A stretch of DNA of 64,000 nucleotides from NCBI RefSeq assembly GCF_009914755.1, contig NC_060935.1, one strand, 5' to 3'. Position 1 is the first letter of the stretch. Each line of letters begins with the position of its first letter. The notes under the pieces were generated by a model. It was not told where the DNA came from. It saw only the letters and a program-made list of their open reading frames with translations, and searched no databases. Below are positions 1 to 29,200 of this stretch, one piece after another. This DNA comes from the human T2T-CHM13v2.0 reference genome, Homo sapiens. A program made the position numbers and the translations under genes.

Positions 1-130
1 TAACTGCTAGACACCAATAATACCCTTCCTCTTTCAACCAAAATGTCACTGCCAAATGTGGGGGAATGGTGAGGTTGGTGGAGGCCCATGGAAAATATAT
101 CCCCCCTACAACCACTGAGACCCACTACTG
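1..130. mobile_element. MER20-like hAT-Charlie fragment
   Basis: CAACCAAAATGTCTC...TGCCAAATGT...TGAGACCCACT resembles the MER20 end. Confidence 0.45.
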
Positions 131-440
131 AAACAAAACAAAACAGTTCTATCTTAAATTATGAGAAGCACAGGGTATACTGATCCAAGCCCCTAAGGGT
201 GCCTTTTAAAAAGAGAAAGGCAGAATAAACAGTGAAACTTTAGAGGAAAAGCTAGAAATACATATCCATAATAAATGAAGAATTCTAAGTGTAAATATAG
301 AGAAATATATACAGACACACATGAACATCCATTGTGAAAACTTCAAGTGTCCAAGTTGCTGTGCTGAAATTTTGCTTAATAAACTACTACCCAAAATGAG
401 TCAATGGCCTCAATGTTACATTGATTATTATCAAAGACTC

Positions 441-743
<303 letters not shown>

Positions 744-812
744 TCAAAGACTCTTTTTTAAAATATAATTTGCTATCAAAGGAGGCATTAGATTAAATTA
801 CACCATACATAC

Positions 813-949
813 CTTCAAATTTGGCATTCACCATAACATACAAATGCTCTCCTAGACAGTCACTTCGGTCCCTGGATAATGCATGTAAACTAATGGTGGG
901 GTATTCCAGTGAGAATCCTAATCCAGAGCCATCTAACCAAGACAGGCGG
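813..949 (-). CDS. CLNS1A: CLNS1A exon 2 (S-RLSWLDGSGLGFSLEYPTISLHALSRDRSDCLGEHLYVMVNAKFE-E)
   Basis: Not in the ORF track; translated by hand. Acceptor tttttcAG at 951-950, donor G|GTATG at 812-811. 137 nt, joins exon 1 in frame and continues the pICln PH-like domain. The gene continues off the left edge. Confidence 0.96.
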
Positions 950-1854
950 CTGAAAAACATGTTTTAAGTAGATTATTTTTAGAAAGTAAATCCTCATGTA
1001 AGACCACAAAGTATATAAAAGTTCAGCTTGGACACCTTTATGCATATAAATAAATTCAAGTTTACTTTTTTAGAAACGTTCATAAAATAAGAAAATTCAG
1101 TAGTGGAAACTGAGTTTTCTTTAAGATCAATTCTGTTACGGTCTCTTTCCCTCTAGCTATAAATTCAAACAGACTTGAAATTCCATTTTCCTCAGTCACA
1201 TGTATGTTTCTATGACTTTCATGCTTACTCTTTTTTGGTATGTCTTCAAATACCCTCTTTGCTTTTGCAAATCCTCCCCTCTTCCATGAGGCCTCCCTTC
1301 AACTACACCAGTCCATAAAGATCTCTTCCTTTTCTGATTTGCAAATTTTAGCACTTAACTCTGTGGTAATGAGTCTTATATGTGCCCTTATGGAATGTGA
1401 ACTATCGGACAGCAGAACTTGTCACATTCCTTTATTAACATCCTTCAAAACCGTTAACAAAGAGCTCAGGAGTTAAGTATGCAATAAATCCTTGGTAATC
1501 ATGCATTTCTCCATGAATCCTACACTAAAAGACATATATATGAAATGGCTGTAATCACACTCACCGCAAGTCAGGAAATAATTATTACCCTGAGAGACAG
1601 ATTCCCTGAAGCCTTTCATTTATTCAACGTCTTTAAGAGAAAGCCACAGAAAAGCTAGATCTAGTTTTCCCTCAAATGTGGTCAAATGCAAATATTTTAT
1701 TGGTGTAACAAAGGAAACACATCACCAAAATCAGTATTTTGAGCTTTCAGTAGAGGCTAGCTAATTTTCTGATAATACTTCATCCATCTGGAGCTGTACC
1801 ACTTAGCAGAAAAAAAGTAAAAAATCCTGAAGAAGTCAAAAAAAAAATGTTAAT

Positions 1855-2045
1855 GCAATATAGTGGTTGCCTAGGGCTAGAAGGAAATAGGGAATGTCTG
1901 CTACTGGGTACCAGGTTCTTTTTGGGGTGAAGAAAATATTCTAAAATGGTGGTGATAATTGCACAATTCTGTAAACAGACTAAAAACTAGTGAATTGTAT
2001 GTTTAAATGGTTAAACTGTATGCTATATGAATTATTTTTAAAAGT
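1855..2045 (+). mobile_element. Old L1M 3'-end fragment (a second one at ~2310-2690 is split by an AluY)
   Basis: TAGTGGTTGCCTAGGGCT...GGTGATAATTGCACAATTCTGTAAA...TGAATTGTATGTTTAAATGG is a typical L1MB/MC 3' end. Confidence 0.7.
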
Positions 2046-2374
2046 TAATGAAGTAAGACCCCTGTATCATTCTATATTCTATACAATTTTAACAAGCCTG
2101 GCTGTCTAATTTCTAACCAAGCAAAAACAAAAGTAAAACAGGAGAACCTAGGACTGCCTTGGGCAGGAACAATGACAGTGTGACAGTCTGAGATCACTCA
2201 TGTTCAGTGGAAGGGGAGGATGAACTTTCCACCTCAGTTCCCCTAAATGAAATCAATGTCTAACCACATGACCCTCAGTTACCGAAAGCATTACCAAAAA
2301 CAAAGGCAGATTATTAGATTGTGGTGATAACTGTACAACTCTGTAAATATACTAAAACTTACGTAATTGTATAC

Positions 2375-2667
2375 TTTTTTTTTTTTTTTTAGACAGAGTC
2401 TCGGTCTGTCGCCCAGGCTGGAGTGCAGTGGCGGATCTCGGCTCGATGCAAGCTCCGCCTCTCGGGTTCACGCCATTCTCTTGCCTCAGCCTCCCCAGTA
2501 GCTGGGACTACAGGCGCCCGCCACCACACCCGGCTAATTTTTTGTATTTTTAGAGACGGGGTTTCACCGTGTTAGCCAGGATGGTCTGGATCTCCTGACC
2601 TCGTGATCCACCCGCCTCGGCCTCCCAAAGTGCTGGGATTATAGGCATGAGCCACCACACCCTGCCC
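2375..2667 (-). mobile_element. AluY with TSD TAATTGTATACTTT
   Basis: Full dimer, CpG-rich, TSD on both sides. Confidence 0.9.
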
Positions 2668-2794
2668 CTAATTGTATACTTTCAAAAGGCAAAAGTAAGA
2701 ATATATGCACTGTCATGTGGAAAGATTTCTATCCAACATTCTTATTAAAAAAAAAAAAGTAAAGGAAAACTAGGAAGCTTATAAGTGATAAATC

Positions 2795-7418
<4,624 letters not shown>

Positions 7419-7607
7419 AACACGGTCATATGTACAACTACTCCACACATGTCCTGACCAAACTCATTATCTGCCTCTCACCTCAATCTTGCTTTTCCTC
7501 CCATCCATATGTCCTATCTCAGTTTCTGGCCTGAAGCCTAAACCTTGTTCAATGTCTAAATTTCCCTTTAAAGCAGAGGTTCTTTACAGTTTTTGTGCTC
7601 TGGATTC

Positions 7608-7940
7608 TGTAGTAGGCAGAATTTTGGCCCCACGACCTTCACTTTCTGGTGTCATGCGGGTGAATATGTTATATTACACAGCAAAAGGGACTTCACAAAC
7701 GTAATTAAGGTTACCAGTCGACAGTAACATAGGGAGATTATCCTGGATTTTACAGGTGGTTCCAAAGTAATCACATGAGCTCTTAAAAGTAGAGAATTTT
7801 CTCTGGCTGTAGACAAGTGATGGAGCAAAAGGGGAAGCAACACATATCTGAAGGGCAGGAAAGATTCGATGTGTCATTACAGGCTTCAAAATAAAGAAAA
7901 CTGCATGTCAAGGAAACAGGGACCTCTGTTCTACAACCAC
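7608..7940 (+). mobile_element. MLT1 (ERVL-MaLR) LTR, 5' part
   Basis: TGTAGTAGGCAGAAT...GCAAAAGGGACTT...GTAATTAAGGTTAC...GGGAGATTATCCTGGATT matches MLT1D/E. Confidence 0.75.
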
Positions 7941-8293
7941 AATATTTACGGTAGATCTATCTGACTGTCAAAATACCAAAGTGCTCCACGTGGCCAAATA
8001 AAAGGGCAATTCCTTCCAGGACCCCAAAACGGGAGTCTGGTCCCTCTGCATATGACCCCTGTCTGTGTCGAGTTAAGGGTGTTCCTCTCCTTACTATACC
8101 TACAGAAGAAAATCTTTATTGTGTAACCAAACTTTAAAAGTCCTCCACAGTCGGCTCTGAAACTACGTATCCCAGAGAGGGGAACATCTCCTGCATCTGT
8201 TCATCCGGAAAGACAGGCACACTTCAGACCCTTAAAACCAGACCGTGCGTTAAGGGCAACGCACGCGCCAGACCTCCAGTAAATAGGCGAGTT

Positions 8294-8299
8294 AAAAAA

Positions 8300-8330
<31 letters not shown>

Positions 8331-8412
8331 GAAAGAAAGAAAAGAAGAAGAAAGAAAGAGAGAAAGAGACAGAGAAAGAGAAAGAGGAAAAAAAGAAAAA
8401 AAAAAAAAAAAG
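8294..8412 (+). repeat. ~119-nt A/G tract (polypyrimidine on the CLNS1A transcript)
   Basis: Pure purine run except one C, bounded by long A runs. Not attached to an Alu body. Confidence 0.95.
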
Positions 8413-8645
8413 CACAATCCATAAGGGGAAATTCCGGCCGGAGAAAACAGAGAATGGAAGACTCCGGAGGAGTACTAGAAAAATCGAGCCTTCCACCCGC
8501 TACAGGTATCCCTGAGGCGTCGGGCACGAGACCCCGCTCCCAGCAGGCCTCCAGGCCGCCCCTTGCCCGGCTCCTTCGCACCGCCTGCTCCAGCAAGGAG
8601 GAGGGCGGCGCGCAGGAGGCCAGCGCTGGGGACCAGGAACCCTAC

Positions 8646-8770
8646 CTCTCAGCGATGTAAAGGGTACCAGTGCCGAGGCCCTTCCCGTTCAGCACAGCCT
8701 CAGTGTCTGGCTGCTGCCGCAGGAGCCCCTCCGCTGGCCCAGGCGGCGGGAAACTTTTGAGGAAGCTCAT
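8646..8770 (-). CDS. CLNS1A: CLNS1A exon 1 coding part (MSFLKSFPPPGPAEGLLRQQPDTEAVLNGKGLGTGTLYIAE-S), pICln / methylosome subunit
   Basis: ATG at 8770-8768. The translation matches the known pICln N-terminus. GT donor (AG|GTAGG) at 8645-8644. 125 nt, ends in phase 2. Confidence 0.97.
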
Positions 8771-9060
8771 AGCAGCAGAGTGCGGCAACACAGGCCCTGA
8801 GGGAGTTGGAGCACAGCAATGCGTGCACCACACCGCCCGCCCTGGAAGAGGCAGTCACCCCGGAAGAACAACTTAGTCTGCCCCGGAATCTGAACGCCGT
8901 CGACCATAGAGATGAGACATTCTAGGAAAAGCGGCGGAGGTCGGCTAAGAACGTGTGGAGTTTGACCGCGCAACACCCTTCCCCTTCTTCCTCGCCATTT
9001 CTGAGGCTTTGGGCTTCAATAACTGAGGGTTCTGTGGGAAGTCCCTCAGGATTGTCACAG

Positions 9061-10406
<1,346 letters not shown>

Positions 10407-10453
10407 GCAGCAACCCTGTTACAACCCTGTAACCCAGTTACATACAACCCTGT

Positions 10454-10543
10454 TGTAACTGCCCAATGGGATCACCGTGCCTGCTGCTTAGACAGAGCCT
10501 ATTTATCAAGACAGGGGAATTGCAATAGAGAAAGAGTAATACA
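10454..10543 (-). mobile_element. LTR8 3'-terminal fragment in opposite orientation, followed by an AluSp-like element (~10544-10850, +)
   Basis: TGTAACTGCCCAATGGG...GACAGAGCC...TCAAGACAGGGGAATTGCAATAGAGAAAGAGTAAT is the reverse complement of the LTR8 3' end. Alu TSD AGAGAAAGA(G/C)TAATACA. Confidence 0.82.
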
Positions 10544-10661
10544 CCGGTGGCAATGGCTCACGCCTGTAATCCCAGCATTTTGGAGGCCGAGGCGGACGGA
10601 TCACCTGACGTCGGGAATTCGAGACCAGCCTGACCAACATGGAGAAACCCCGTCTCTACTA

Positions 10662-10820
<159 letters not shown>

Positions 10821-11269
10821 TCAAAAAAAAAAAAAAAAAAAAAAAAAAAACAAAGAGAGAAAGACTAATACATGGAGTCCCTTGCCAAAGGATGCATAGG
10901 ACATAGAGACCACTCATCTGGAGCTCAGAAGTCTCCCAACTCGGTTATGATGTTCTGATCTGGCCACCCCGTCCCCATCTCCTGGGACTGTTCACATCTC
11001 AGGTATACACAACCAAGTAGCATACATCAATCTAGGTCCTTATACTGCCCTAGTGCACAAGCCACGTCCCCACGTGTCAGGTGGGCAGATAAGTATAAAG
11101 GGTTAATAAGGGCAGGGTGAAGAGCTAGCTACATCAGTAAGGAGCTGGGGCACTGACTGGAAAGGAATTAATCCACCAAAATTGCAATTGATGTTTTGTT
11201 TCTTCGTTAGGCACTAAAGAGTATAGTAGTAATAGGAAGAAAGACTTCCAAAATCGTCATAATGGTAGC

Positions 11270-11460
11270 TAAAGTTAACGAGTGTTCTGTGCCAGGCTCT
11301 CTTCCAGGCACTTTACCTGCACTTTGCTTGCATCATCTCTTCATTTACTCTTTGCAAGTTTGTGAAGTTACTATTATTGACCCACTTTACAGATGAGAGA
11401 CCTGAGGCATTAAACTCAAGAGCAATAATTTGGCCATGAGAGAACAAGTGAAATTCAAGT
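11270..11460. mobile_element. MIR SINE
   Basis: TGTGCCAGGC...ACTATTATTGACCCACTTTACAGATGAGAGACCTGAGGC is the MIR core. Confidence 0.75.
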
Positions 11461-11843
11461 AAATCCCCTTGTAAACTCAGTATGGTAATACCTTTGCAGT
11501 AGGACTGCTGAGGCTGGAGGACAGGATGTGTGGGGTAGTTTTGTTTCTATCTTCTCAACAGTTAGGCTGGCATTAAATTTTTAACGTGTTTGAGATCAGC
11601 CTGGGCAACATAGTGAGACCCCCATCTCTACCAAAAAATAAATAAATAAATTAGCCCAGCATGGTGGCATGTGCCTGTGATCCCAGCTACTTGGGAGGCT
11701 GAGGTGAGAGGATCATTTGAGCCTCAGAAGTGGAGGCTACAGTGAGCCATGATTGTGCCACTGCACTCTAGCCTGGGTGGCAGAGCAAGACTCCATCTCA
11801 AAAAAATTTTTTTTTCCTTTAACGTAGACTAGTTTGTTGGTAG

Positions 11844-12277
11844 TGTTAAAGTGAATTAAATATGGGTTGAGGAGGGCTCTGTACTTCTATATTTGAGTCC
11901 TTGTGGATGCACTGTAACCTAAGTTAATAGGGAGATAACTTTGAAAACCTAACTTAGGAGTATTCACCTGTAACAATAGTTGAGCCTTGGCCAATCCCAG
12001 CAGCCATACTTCAACAACTCATACACTGTTGAGTGTTCAAACTGTGTTCAAATAAGGCAGATGCCAACCTGTAACCAACCCAGCTGTTTCTGTACCTCAC
12101 TTCCAATTCTTGTACATCACTTCTCTTGTTTTTTGTCTATAAATTTGTTGTGACCATGAGGCATCCCTGGAATCTCTCTGAATCTGCTGTGATTCTGGGG
12201 GCTGCTTGATTTGCAAATTATTCATTGCTCAATTAAACTCCTTGAAATTTAATTCTGCTGAAGTTTTTCTTTTAACA
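11844..12277 (+). mobile_element. MER57-family 5' LTR (ERV1)
   Basis: TGTTAAA...TTTAACA termini and MER57 motifs (GTGTTCAAACTGTGTTCAAATAAGGCA, CTCAATTAAACTC). Confidence 0.82.
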
Positions 12278-15290
<3,013 letters not shown>

Positions 15291-15299
15291 TTGTTTTTG

Positions 15300-15720
15300 T
15301 TTTTTTCTCTCCTTCCTTCCTTCCTTCCCTCCATCCCTCCTTCCTTCCTTCCCTCCCTCCTTCCTTCCTTCCTTTTCTCTCTCCCTCCCTCCCTCCCTCC
15401 TTCCTTGCTTCCTTCCTTCCTTTCCTTTTCTTTCTTTTTTTTTGAGACAGAGTCTCACTCTGTCCCCCAGGCTGGAGTGCAGTGGGGCAATCTCGGCTCA
15501 CTGCAGCCTCCGCCTCTAGGTTCAAGATTCTCCTGCCTCAGCCTCCTGAGTAGCTGGGACTACAGAGGTGTGCCACCACACATGGCTAATTTTTGTGTTT
15601 TTAGTAGAGATGAGGTTTCATCATACTGCCAGATTGGTCTCGAATTCCTGACCTCAAGTGATCTGCCTGCCTTGGCCCCCTAAAGTGCTGGGATTATAGG
15701 TATGAGCCACCACACTGGCC
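15300..15720 (-). repeat. (CCTT/CCCT)n polypyrimidine tract forming the tail of a minus-strand Alu (~15430-15720)
   Basis: About 130 nt of C/T-only sequence followed by an Alu body. Confidence 0.88.
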
Positions 15721-15721
15721 A

Positions 15722-16240
15722 GGGATCAGTTTTTAAGGATAATTTGGTGGGTATGGGGTGCCGGTGAGTCGGGAGTGCTGATTGGTCAGAGATGAAATCA
15801 CAGGGAGTCCAAGCTGTCTTCTTGTGCTGAGTCAGTTCCTGGGTGGGGGCCACAGGATCAAATGAGCCAGTTTATTGAGCTGGGTGGTGCCAGCTGATCC
15901 ATCAAGTGCAGGGGCTGCAAAACATCTCAGGCACAGATCTTAGGCCTTACAATAGTGATGTTATCCCCAGGAGCAATTTGGAGAGGGTCAGAATTGATCT
16001 TTTGGCTAATTTGTTAGTCCTACTTAGGCAGTCTAGTCCCCAGGCAAGATGTGGGTTTGTTTTGGGAAAGGGCTGTTATTGTCTTTGTTCTAAACTGCGG
16101 ATTATAAACTAAGTGCCTCCCAAAGTCAGTTCAGCTAATGCCCAGGAATGAATAATGACAGCTTGGAGTTAGAGGCAAGATGGAGTTGGTTAAGTCAGAT
16201 GTCTTTCAGTGTCTCAGTTATGATTTTGGAGTGGCAATTG
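15722..16240 (-). mobile_element. LTR8/LTR8A 5' and middle part, minus strand
   Basis: Reverse complement of LTR8 (GTGCTGATTGG, CTGAGTCAGTTCCTGGGT, GCCAGCTGATCCATCAAGTGCAGGG, GTGTCTCAGTTATGATTTTG). Confidence 0.82.
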
Positions 16241-16469
16241 TAACCTCAGCCTCTTGAGTAGCTGGGAGTACAGGTGTGTACCACTATGCCTAACAGATTA
16301 AAAAAATTTTTTTTCTAGAGATGAAGTCTCACTATGTTGCCCAGGCTGGTCTCAAACTCCTGGGCTCAGGTGATCCTTCTGCCTTGCCTCCCAAAATTCT
16401 GGGATTACAGATGTGAGCCACCATGCCTGGCTACTTTGTAAAAGAACTCCTTCTCACCCATCATCTAAG

Positions 16470-21475
<5,006 letters not shown>

Positions 21476-22047
21476 GTAGCCAAGTGGGATTTATCCCAGG
21501 AATGAAAGGTTGATTGAACATATGAAAATTAATGTAATACACCATATTACTAAAGGGAGAAGCCATATAACCATCTCAATGGATACAGAAAAAGCATTTG
21601 ACAAAATCCAACTCCCTTTCATGATAAAAAGACTGGCAAACTAAAAAATTAGGAGAGGAAGGTAACTTCCTCAATCAGATAAAAGACATCTATGAAAACC
21701 CTCAGCTAACTTCATACTTAATTGTGAAATACTGAATGTTTTCACCTAGGATCGCGAACAACAGAAGGGTGTCCATTTTCGCTATGTTTCTTCATTGTAC
21801 TGGAGGTTCTAGCCAGGCAATTAGGCGAGAAAAATAAACAAAAGGAATCCCTCTATTTCTAGTCACAGATGACATTATCTTGTATCTAGAAAATCTTAAG
21901 GGAATCCACGTCAGAAAATTTATTAGAGCTAAATAAAGTTCAGCAAGGTTACAGGTTACAAACTCAATATACAAAACTCAGGGCCAGGTGCGGTGGCTCA
22001 TGCCTGTGTGAGCTGGGGCACTTCGGGAGGCTGAGGTGGATGGATCA

Positions 22048-23360
<1,313 letters not shown>

Positions 23361-23417
23361 CAGTCAGTACGCAAGTCTTTCATCTGCTTAGTTAAGTTTA
23401 TTCCTAAATAAAAATCA

Positions 23418-23706
<289 letters not shown>

Positions 23707-23834
23707 TCAAAAACAAAAAACTAAAAAACAGTTGTATTTATTTTCTGCTTAGCTTTTTTTTTTTTAGAGAGGGGTCTTGCTATGTTGCCCAGGCTGGCCT
23801 TGAACTTCTTGGTTCAAGCAGTCCTCCTGCATCA

Positions 23835-24225
<391 letters not shown>

Positions 24226-24517
24226 CTATATCAAAATTCCAACTGCCTTTTTTCACAGAAATTGACAAATGGAACCTAAAATTCACATGGAAATTTAAGG
24301 AGCCCAGAATAGTTAAAACAGTCTTGAATAAAAAAAAGGAGCCAAACTAAAGGACTTACATTGCCTGATTTTGTATCTTAGTAAGAAGTTACAGTGATCA
24401 ACACTGTGTAGTAGTAGAATAAGGACAGATGTATAGCTCAATGGAACCAAATTGAGAATCCAGAAGTAAACCCATACATTTAGGGTCAATAGATTTTTGA
24501 CAGGGATGCCAAGATAA

Positions 24518-24813
<296 letters not shown>

Positions 24814-24979
24814 TAAAGTGTTGGGATTACAAGCGTAAGCCACTGCAACTGGCCAAGAATAGTATTTTCAACAAATCGTGCTGAAACAACTGTTTAACCA
24901 CATGCAAAAGAATGAATTTGGATCCTTACCTCTCATCATATACAAAAATAACTCCAAAGGGATCTAAGGCCTAAACTTA

Positions 24980-25291
<312 letters not shown>

Positions 25292-25421
25292 TCATGCCTG
25301 TTAATCCCAGCTACTTGCAGGCTGTTGGCATGAAAACTGCTTGAACCCAAGAGGCGGAGGTTGTAGTGAGCCAGATTGTACCACTGCACTTCAGCCTGAG
25401 TGACAGAATGAGACCCTGTCT

Positions 25422-25463
<42 letters not shown>

Positions 25464-26743
25464 TAAACCTATAAAACTCTTAGAAGAAAACATAAAATGT
25501 AAATCTTCAAGATACTGACTTAGGCAGTGTTTTCTTAGATCTCTAACATCAAGCATAGGCAACCAAAGAAAAGAAAACAGAAATTGGACACCGGCAAAGT
25601 TAAAAAACCTTTGTGTATCAAAGGACACTATCAAGAAAGTGATTTATCAGAATCATAGAAAATATTGCAAATCATATATTTGGTAAAGGTCTGGTATTCA
25701 GAATTCAGCTGGTATTTACTTATAGCTCAACAATAAAAAGACAGCTCAATTAAAAATAGGTAGAGGTTTTTGGGACATTTCCATGAAAAAAAGCAAAAAA
25801 AAAGAAAAAAGGAGGTGGGACAGAGGATTTATTTTTGTTTTTTTGTAAAGACAGGGTGTTGCTCTGTCACCCAGGCTGTAGTGCAGTGGTGCTGTCATAG
25901 CTTACTGTAACCTGAAACTCCTGGCCTCAAGCGATCCTCCCACCTTGGCCTCCCGAACTGCTGTACTGAGATTAGAGGCGTGAGCCACTGTGCCTTGCCT
26001 CTCTCTTTTTTTTTTTTTAAAGAGATGGCATCTTGCTCTGTCACCCAGGCCAGAGTGCAGTGGCATGATCATGGCTCACTGCAGCCTGCAACTCCTGGGC
26101 TCAGGTGATCCTTCTGCCTTAGCCTCCTAAACTGCTGGGACTACAGGTACATACCACCATGTTTGACTAATTTTTAAAATTTTTTTTGTATCAATGGGAT
26201 CTCACTATGTTGCCCAGGCTGGTCTCAGACTCCTGGCCTCAAGCAATCTTCCTGCCTTGGCCTCCCATAGGTCTGGGATTACAGGCATAAGCCACCATTC
26301 CTGATCATAAAAATAGGCAAAGGATTTAAATGGACATTTCTACAAAGAAAATATATGAGCAGTGAGTAAGCGCATGAGAAGATGCTCAACATCATTAATC
26401 ACTAGGAAATGCAAATCAAAACCACAATGAGATACCACTTCATATCCCCTAGAATAGCCATAATAAAAAGACTGTCAATAATAAATATTGTTGATGTGGA
26501 GAAATTGGAACACTTGTGCATTGCTAGTGGGAATGTAAAAAGGTGCAGGCACTGTGTAAAACAGGTTCAAATTTCTTCAAAAGTTAAACATAGAGTTATC
26601 ATATGATCCAGCAATTCCACTCCTAGGTATGCACTCAAGAATGAAAAACATGCATGCACACTCAAAGCTTGTACATGAATGTTTATTATTTCTAATAGCC
26701 CTGACCATTCATAGCCTCAAAGTGGAAATTACTCAAATGTTCA

Positions 26744-27116
<373 letters not shown>

Positions 27117-27331
27117 CTATTACATGACGAACCTTGAAAACATGTTAAATAAAAGACATTAGATCCGTAAGGGCTATACAGTGTGATTCCATTTATATGA
27201 AATGTCAAGAAGAGGCACATTTGTAGAGATAGAAAGTAATAGTACTTGGCAGGGACTACGGAGGAAATAGGTAGTCACTACTAATGAGTAGGGCGTTTTT
27301 AGGGTGTTGACAACCTTGTGAATATGCTTGA

Positions 27332-27940
27332 TGAGGCAGGAGAATAGGGTCTGGAGGCAGGGAACCTAAGGCCATTTCACATCACTTCTTAGAACCAAGT
27401 TGAAAAGAAAACTCATAACTTTCCACAGCCTAAGTAACAAAAGGACCAGAGGCTACTACTCCCTTTGCAAACCCCCCACCTTTTCTGCTGGGCAGTTGGG
27501 AAACTGGCTGCCTGAAACCAATCAGACTGTTTGCCGGCCGGTCTTCGTTTGCAACTTTCTAACTTTACCTTAGCCTCTGATTGGTTGCAAAAAGAGGAGA
27601 GTGAGCGTTGTACCCTCCACTTCAGTCTTTGATTGGTTGCTTTCCACAACCAATCAGACCGATTGAGAGCTACCACTTCATTTACATGAGGTGAGCAGGA
27701 AGTGGCCAATGGAAAACCTCTAGGGGGTACTTGGACCTGAGAAGATTCTGTATCCGGGCCCTTGAGTCGCTGCTTCTCCAGCTTCCACACTGTGGGGTGT
27801 ACTTTCATTTTCAATAAATCCCTGCTTTCCTTCTTTTGTTACTTCATTCTTTCTTTGCTTTGCTGGGTGTTTTGTCCAATTCTTTGTTCAAAGCGCCAAG
27901 AACCTGGACAACTTGCAGTCAAGACCCTCTACCAGTAACA
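27332..27940 (+). mobile_element. MER51-family solo LTR (ERV1) inserted in the L1 3' end
   Basis: TGAGGCAGGAGAATAGGGTCTGGAGGCAGGGAACCTAAGGCC start, several CCAAT boxes, AATAAA, and ...CCAGTAACA end. Confidence 0.88.
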
Positions 27941-28092
27941 CTAAAGACCTCTGAATTGTACACTTTATAATGGTGAACTTTATGGTATGTGAATTATCTC
28001 AATAAAAAACAAGAAACTTTTATAAATAAAACTTACAAGTTCTTTTGGACATCGTTATGTAAGCACATCCAGATTATTAAAAGTGGCTGTCC

Positions 28093-28635
<543 letters not shown>

Positions 28636-28762
28636 AAGAGATCCTTGCCTTTCATCCTGGGCTCTCTGGCCCTCTCCTGGTTCTGCTCAGAGCATTGGCC
28701 AGTAAAATTCCAGCCCTACTTCTGCATTATTCTGAATCTGAAGCCAACTTTCTGATTTTCTA

Positions 28763-29072
28763 TTAGGTTGGTGCAAAACTAATTGTTGGGCCAGACGCGG
28801 TGGCTCACGCCTGTAATCCCAGCATTTTGGAAGGCCCAGGCAGGTGGATCACCTGAGGTCAGGAGTTCCAGACCAGCCTGGCCAACATGGCGAAACCCAG
28901 TCTCTACTAAAAATACAAAGAAATCAGCTGGGCATGTTGGCACACATGCCTGTAATCCCAGCTATTCGGCAGGCTGCGGCAGGAGAACCCCTTGAACTGG
29001 GAGGCGGAGGTTGCAGTGAGCCGAGATCACACCACTGCACTCCAGCCTGGGCGACAGAGCGAGATTCTGTCT

Positions 29073-29122
<50 letters not shown>

Positions 29123-29200
29123 TGGTTTTTGCCTTTAAAAAAAATAGATATATGTATATTATATACAGCAGAAACTGCAATTACTTTTGCACCAACCTAA
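28763..29200. mobile_element. MADE1 mariner MITE with TA TSDs, interrupted by an AluS (+, ~28788-29119, A46 tail)
   Basis: TIRs TTAGGTTGGTGCAAAA...TTTTGCACCAACCTAA flanked by TA at 28761-28762 and 29201-29202. Confidence 0.92.

Larger units (their letters stand above)
8230..9050 (-). promoter_or_regulatory. CLNS1A: CLNS1A CpG island / TATA-less promoter; TSS probably near 8850
   Basis: GC- and CpG-rich segment spanning exon 1. ETS/GABP-type CCGGAAG at 8860-8866, YY1-like CGCCATTT at 8993-9000, pyrimidine-rich initiator-like CCTCTTC at 8851-8845. No TATA box seen. Confidence 0.8.

Noticed and set aside
8201-8596. 131-aa Phe/Leu-rich membrane-like ORF
   Set aside because: Produced by the polypyrimidine tract in CLNS1A intron 1.
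8771-8833. In-frame GTG-initiated N-terminal extension of CLNS1A (ORF 8642..8833)
   Set aside because: Short open stretch expected in a GC-rich 5'UTR, with an in-frame TGA at 8857-8855. No evidence of use.
27413-27814. 133-aa minus-strand ORF
   Set aside because: Lies entirely within the MER51 LTR.
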